DNA of 44,399 nt from sequence record SRR31156797_6143. One strand, 5' to 3'. The translations under genes were made by a program, and so were the position numbers. Shown here one piece after another: positions 42,237 to 44,399 of the stretch. Below the pieces are notes generated by a model. It searched no databases and had not been told where the DNA came from. It worked only from the letters and a program-made list of their open reading frames with translations. Each line of letters begins with the position of its first letter. Within the stretch, counting starts at the first letter, position 1.

Positions 42237-44085
42237 TTTCCGTTTCGTCCAAAGGCGTCAGCCATACCACATCGTAGGGCTGAAGTGAAAGATACAACTT
42301 ACCGTCGGCAGCCATCCACTCCATCTCACTTACCAGGTCATACCAATGGATTGCGTCGGTTTCCAGTTCCGACAGGGAAATCTCTATTCGGCATGTTCTC
42401 TCTGATACATTGGTAAGCGCCAGAATGTGTTGATCCCCTTCCGGAGAAATTCGATAAACCGAGAATATGCGTTTTGCCACGGTCAATATTTTCTGTTTTC
42501 CATGGGGATGGAATGCCCGCTTCTTTACGCGAATAGCCGTGAGTCTGCCCAGCTCCCGGCTGATGCGGGAAATTTTTGAAAGGGGATCTTCCAGGGCCTC
42601 GGAAAAAGCCTTGCCGTCGATCACCGACCGATTGATGTCCCGTTTTGATGCCGTCAGATAGACGGCGGCAATGTCGTTGGGGGACCCGATGAGACTGTGA
42701 AGGTAGATGCCCGGAACCCCTTGGAGGACAAAAGAAATAATCCGGGAGGCGACAAACCGTTTTACCTGAAATGCCACATCCTCGGCGCCCTCCCGATTGA
42801 GGGCGCTGAACCACGTGATGTTGATTTCATATGGCTCTTCGGTTCCGTCCTCGCCGGTTTTATAAGAGACAAAACCGCCGTGCTCCGCTGCTCTTCGGAT
42901 GATGCGACCAATATCCTCCTTTGAAAGGATGTTTCTGACGGCCATGATTCCGATGCCGTCATGTGAATCCAGAAAATTAAAAAACGTCGTGGCCTCCGAA
43001 CCCGTGTCCAATGTTTCGGCCCATCGGGAAAGGGCCGTGACGTCGCCGGTGTAAAAGGTGTGCAGCACCAGGGGCGGCAGGGCGAAGTTGTAGACCATCT
43101 GCGCTTCATCGTATCCGTTTCCGAAATAAGAGATGTTTTCTTCATGGGGTACATTGGTTTCGGTGATCAGGGCGACTTTGGGCGCAACGGCATCCAGAAT
43201 ATTACGAAAGAGCTTGACGATTTCATGGGTCTGTTTCAGATGGACGCAGTCGGTTCCGGGTTGGGCCCAGAGGAATGTAACGGCATCCAAACGGATAATG
43301 TTCGCCCCGTGACGCACATAAAGCAGTAGGATTTCCAAAACACGCAGCAAAACGTCCGGGTTTTGATAGTTGAGATCGATCTGATCCCCTGAAAATGTGG
43401 TCCAGACATGGGTCGGGCCGTTTATGGTATGAAATTTTGTGAGAATATCGGAAGTTCTGGGCCTGAAAATCAACTTTCGTTTTTCCGGAGACAGGTGCTC
43501 CGGTGAAGCGAAATTGATGAAAAAATCCCAGTATTGGGGGTTTCCATTTAGAAATTCCTGAAACCAACGGCTTTTGGTGGACACATGGTTTATGACGCCG
43601 TCAAACATGAGCTGATAACGATCTTCCAACTCCTCGATATCATGCCAGGTTCCTAATTTGGGATCCACGGTTTCAAAATCAACAACGGAAAACCCCCTGT
43701 CGGAAGAGTAGGGGAAAAACGGCAGGATATGCAGTGTATTGATGGTTCCCTCAAGGTATTTGTCGCAAAAATCGGCCAGCGATGAAAGCGGGGACTTTCC
43801 TTCTCCCCGTATGAGATCCCCGTATGTAATCAGAATCACATCTTTTTCCGTAAACCGGTTTTTGGGATCATATTTTTTTTCATCCTCGATCATCTCCGGC
43901 GGCTTATGGGCGCAATAGACATCGAGGATCCGTTCCAGTTCGGGCATATAGGATCCTGCAATATGGTCCCCGTATAGAAAGGTCAGTTGTTCCAATATCT
44001 TTTTTCGGATATGGGTAGGGATCTTGACAAGGGGTCTCTGAAAGTTCGGTTCCGTATTGTGAAATCTTTTCATGGTTTTAGCCAA
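42229..44085 (-). CDS. GH13_18 sugar phosphorylase, probably glucosylglycerate phosphorylase (YcjM-like)
   Basis: LITYGD, HILPFFPYSSDRGF, INHVS, WTTFS, RLDAV (nucleophile), ITETNVP (acid/base), SHDGIG, PYEINIT. Confidence 0.85.
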   Translation of the reverse strand: MAKTMKRFHNTEPNFQRPLVKIPTHIRKKILEQLTFLYGDHIAGSYMPELERILDVYCAHKPPEMIEDEKKYDPKNRFTEKDVILITYGDLIRGEGKSPLSSLADFCDKYLEGTINTLHILPFFPYSSDRGFSVVDFETVDPKLGTWHDIEELEDRYQLMFDGVINHVSTKSRWFQEFLNGNPQYWDFFINFASPEHLSPEKRKLIFRPRTSDILTKFHTINGPTHVWTTFSGDQIDLNYQNPDVLLRVLEILLLYVRHGANIIRLDAVTFLWAQPGTDCVHLKQTHEIVKLFRNILDAVAPKVALITETNVPHEENISYFGNGYDEAQMVYNFALPPLVLHTFYTGDVTALSRWAETLDTGSEATTFFNFLDSHDGIGIMAVRNILSKEDIGRIIRRAAEHGGFVSYKTGEDGTEEPYEINITWFSALNREGAEDVAFQVKRFVASRIISFVLQGVPGIYLHSLIGSPNDIAAVYLTASKRDINRSVIDGKAFSEALEDPLSKISRISRELGRLTAIRVKKRAFHPHGKQKILTVAKRIFSVYRISPEGDQHILALTNVSERTCRIEISLSELETDAIHWYDLVSEMEWMAADGKLYLSLQPYDVVWLTPLDETEIK

Positions 44086-44103
44086 TTATTTGCGCTCCCG
44101 GCC

Positions 44104-44268
44104 CTAAATTTGTAAGAAATCGTTTACCTCAAGAAAGTATCCGTCGTCCAGATCTAAAAAGGCGGTGCAGACGGGACTTAAGTGAAACAGCTTGGAATAT
44201 TTTTTTTCCCTCTTCTCAAGTTCTTTGACTCTTTGAGCCAGTTCGTCATAGGTAGGTCTCAGGGACAT
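44104..44268 (-). pseudogene. truncated coiled-coil/PAS-domain sensor N-terminus
   Basis: RPTYDELAQRVKELE…YSKLFHLSP…LDDGYFLEVNDFLQI* resembles the start of a PAS sensor protein and stops about 30 aa into the PAS fold; GAGG RBS. Confidence 0.55.
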
Positions 44269-44399
44269 TTTGCGGAACCTCGTCAAATTGGATGATGTCC
44301 GTTATTTCAAGTTTCCAACAGTTTGGTAAGACCTTGTCTCTCATATCGCCCGCATCTTGTCAAGGGGTTAGGGGACGCCCTTTATGTTTTTATATTGAG

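Noticed and set aside
1-44399. Mobile elements, prophage, rRNA/tRNA, selenocysteine read-through
   Set aside because: No transposase, integrase or phage motifs; no intergenic gap with RNA-gene features seen; Fe-S and CCG proteins are complete without TGA read-through. A tRNAscan/Rfam run would be needed to exclude small RNAs.

Overview
A 44.4 kb, gene-dense chromosomal window. Gene content (HDOD proteins, HdrBC, NrfCD, multiheme cytochromes, phenylphosphate-synthase homologues) points to an anaerobic Desulfobacterota/deltaproteobacterium; this is an inference. I found no rRNA, tRNA, CRISPR array or transposase/integrase. Blocks from left to right: (1) a type IV pilus/T2SS-related block with two GspE/PilB ATPases carrying MshEN c-di-GMP motifs (one fused to a C-terminal receiver domain, one translationally coupled to an HDOD gene), a prepilin and a radical SAM gene; (2) a split ADP-forming acyl-CoA synthetase, pcm, an IPTL-CTERM protein and a DUF362 Fe-S protein; (3) a three-gene ACBP + WS/DGAT + acyl-ACP-reductase-like operon, a candidate wax-ester pathway in an anaerobe; (4) a tetraheme cytochrome-NrfC-NrfD-octaheme HAO-like operon next to a heme-c-sensor two-component system, with a shared 25-bp operator-like motif in both promoters; (5) orphan hdrCB; (6) three PEP-utilising phosphotransferase systems: a canonical-looking phenylphosphate synthase pair, a divergent paralogous pair transcribed the other way, and a fused rifampin-phosphotransferase-like enzyme, with a phased ATGGATG repeat array between the two pairs and no carboxylase in the window; (7) REC, HDOD and glucosylglycerate phosphorylase genes and a decayed PAS fragment. 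Blocks 6, 3 and 4 are the best candidates for undescribed systems. All family calls come from motif recognition by eye, not database searches.
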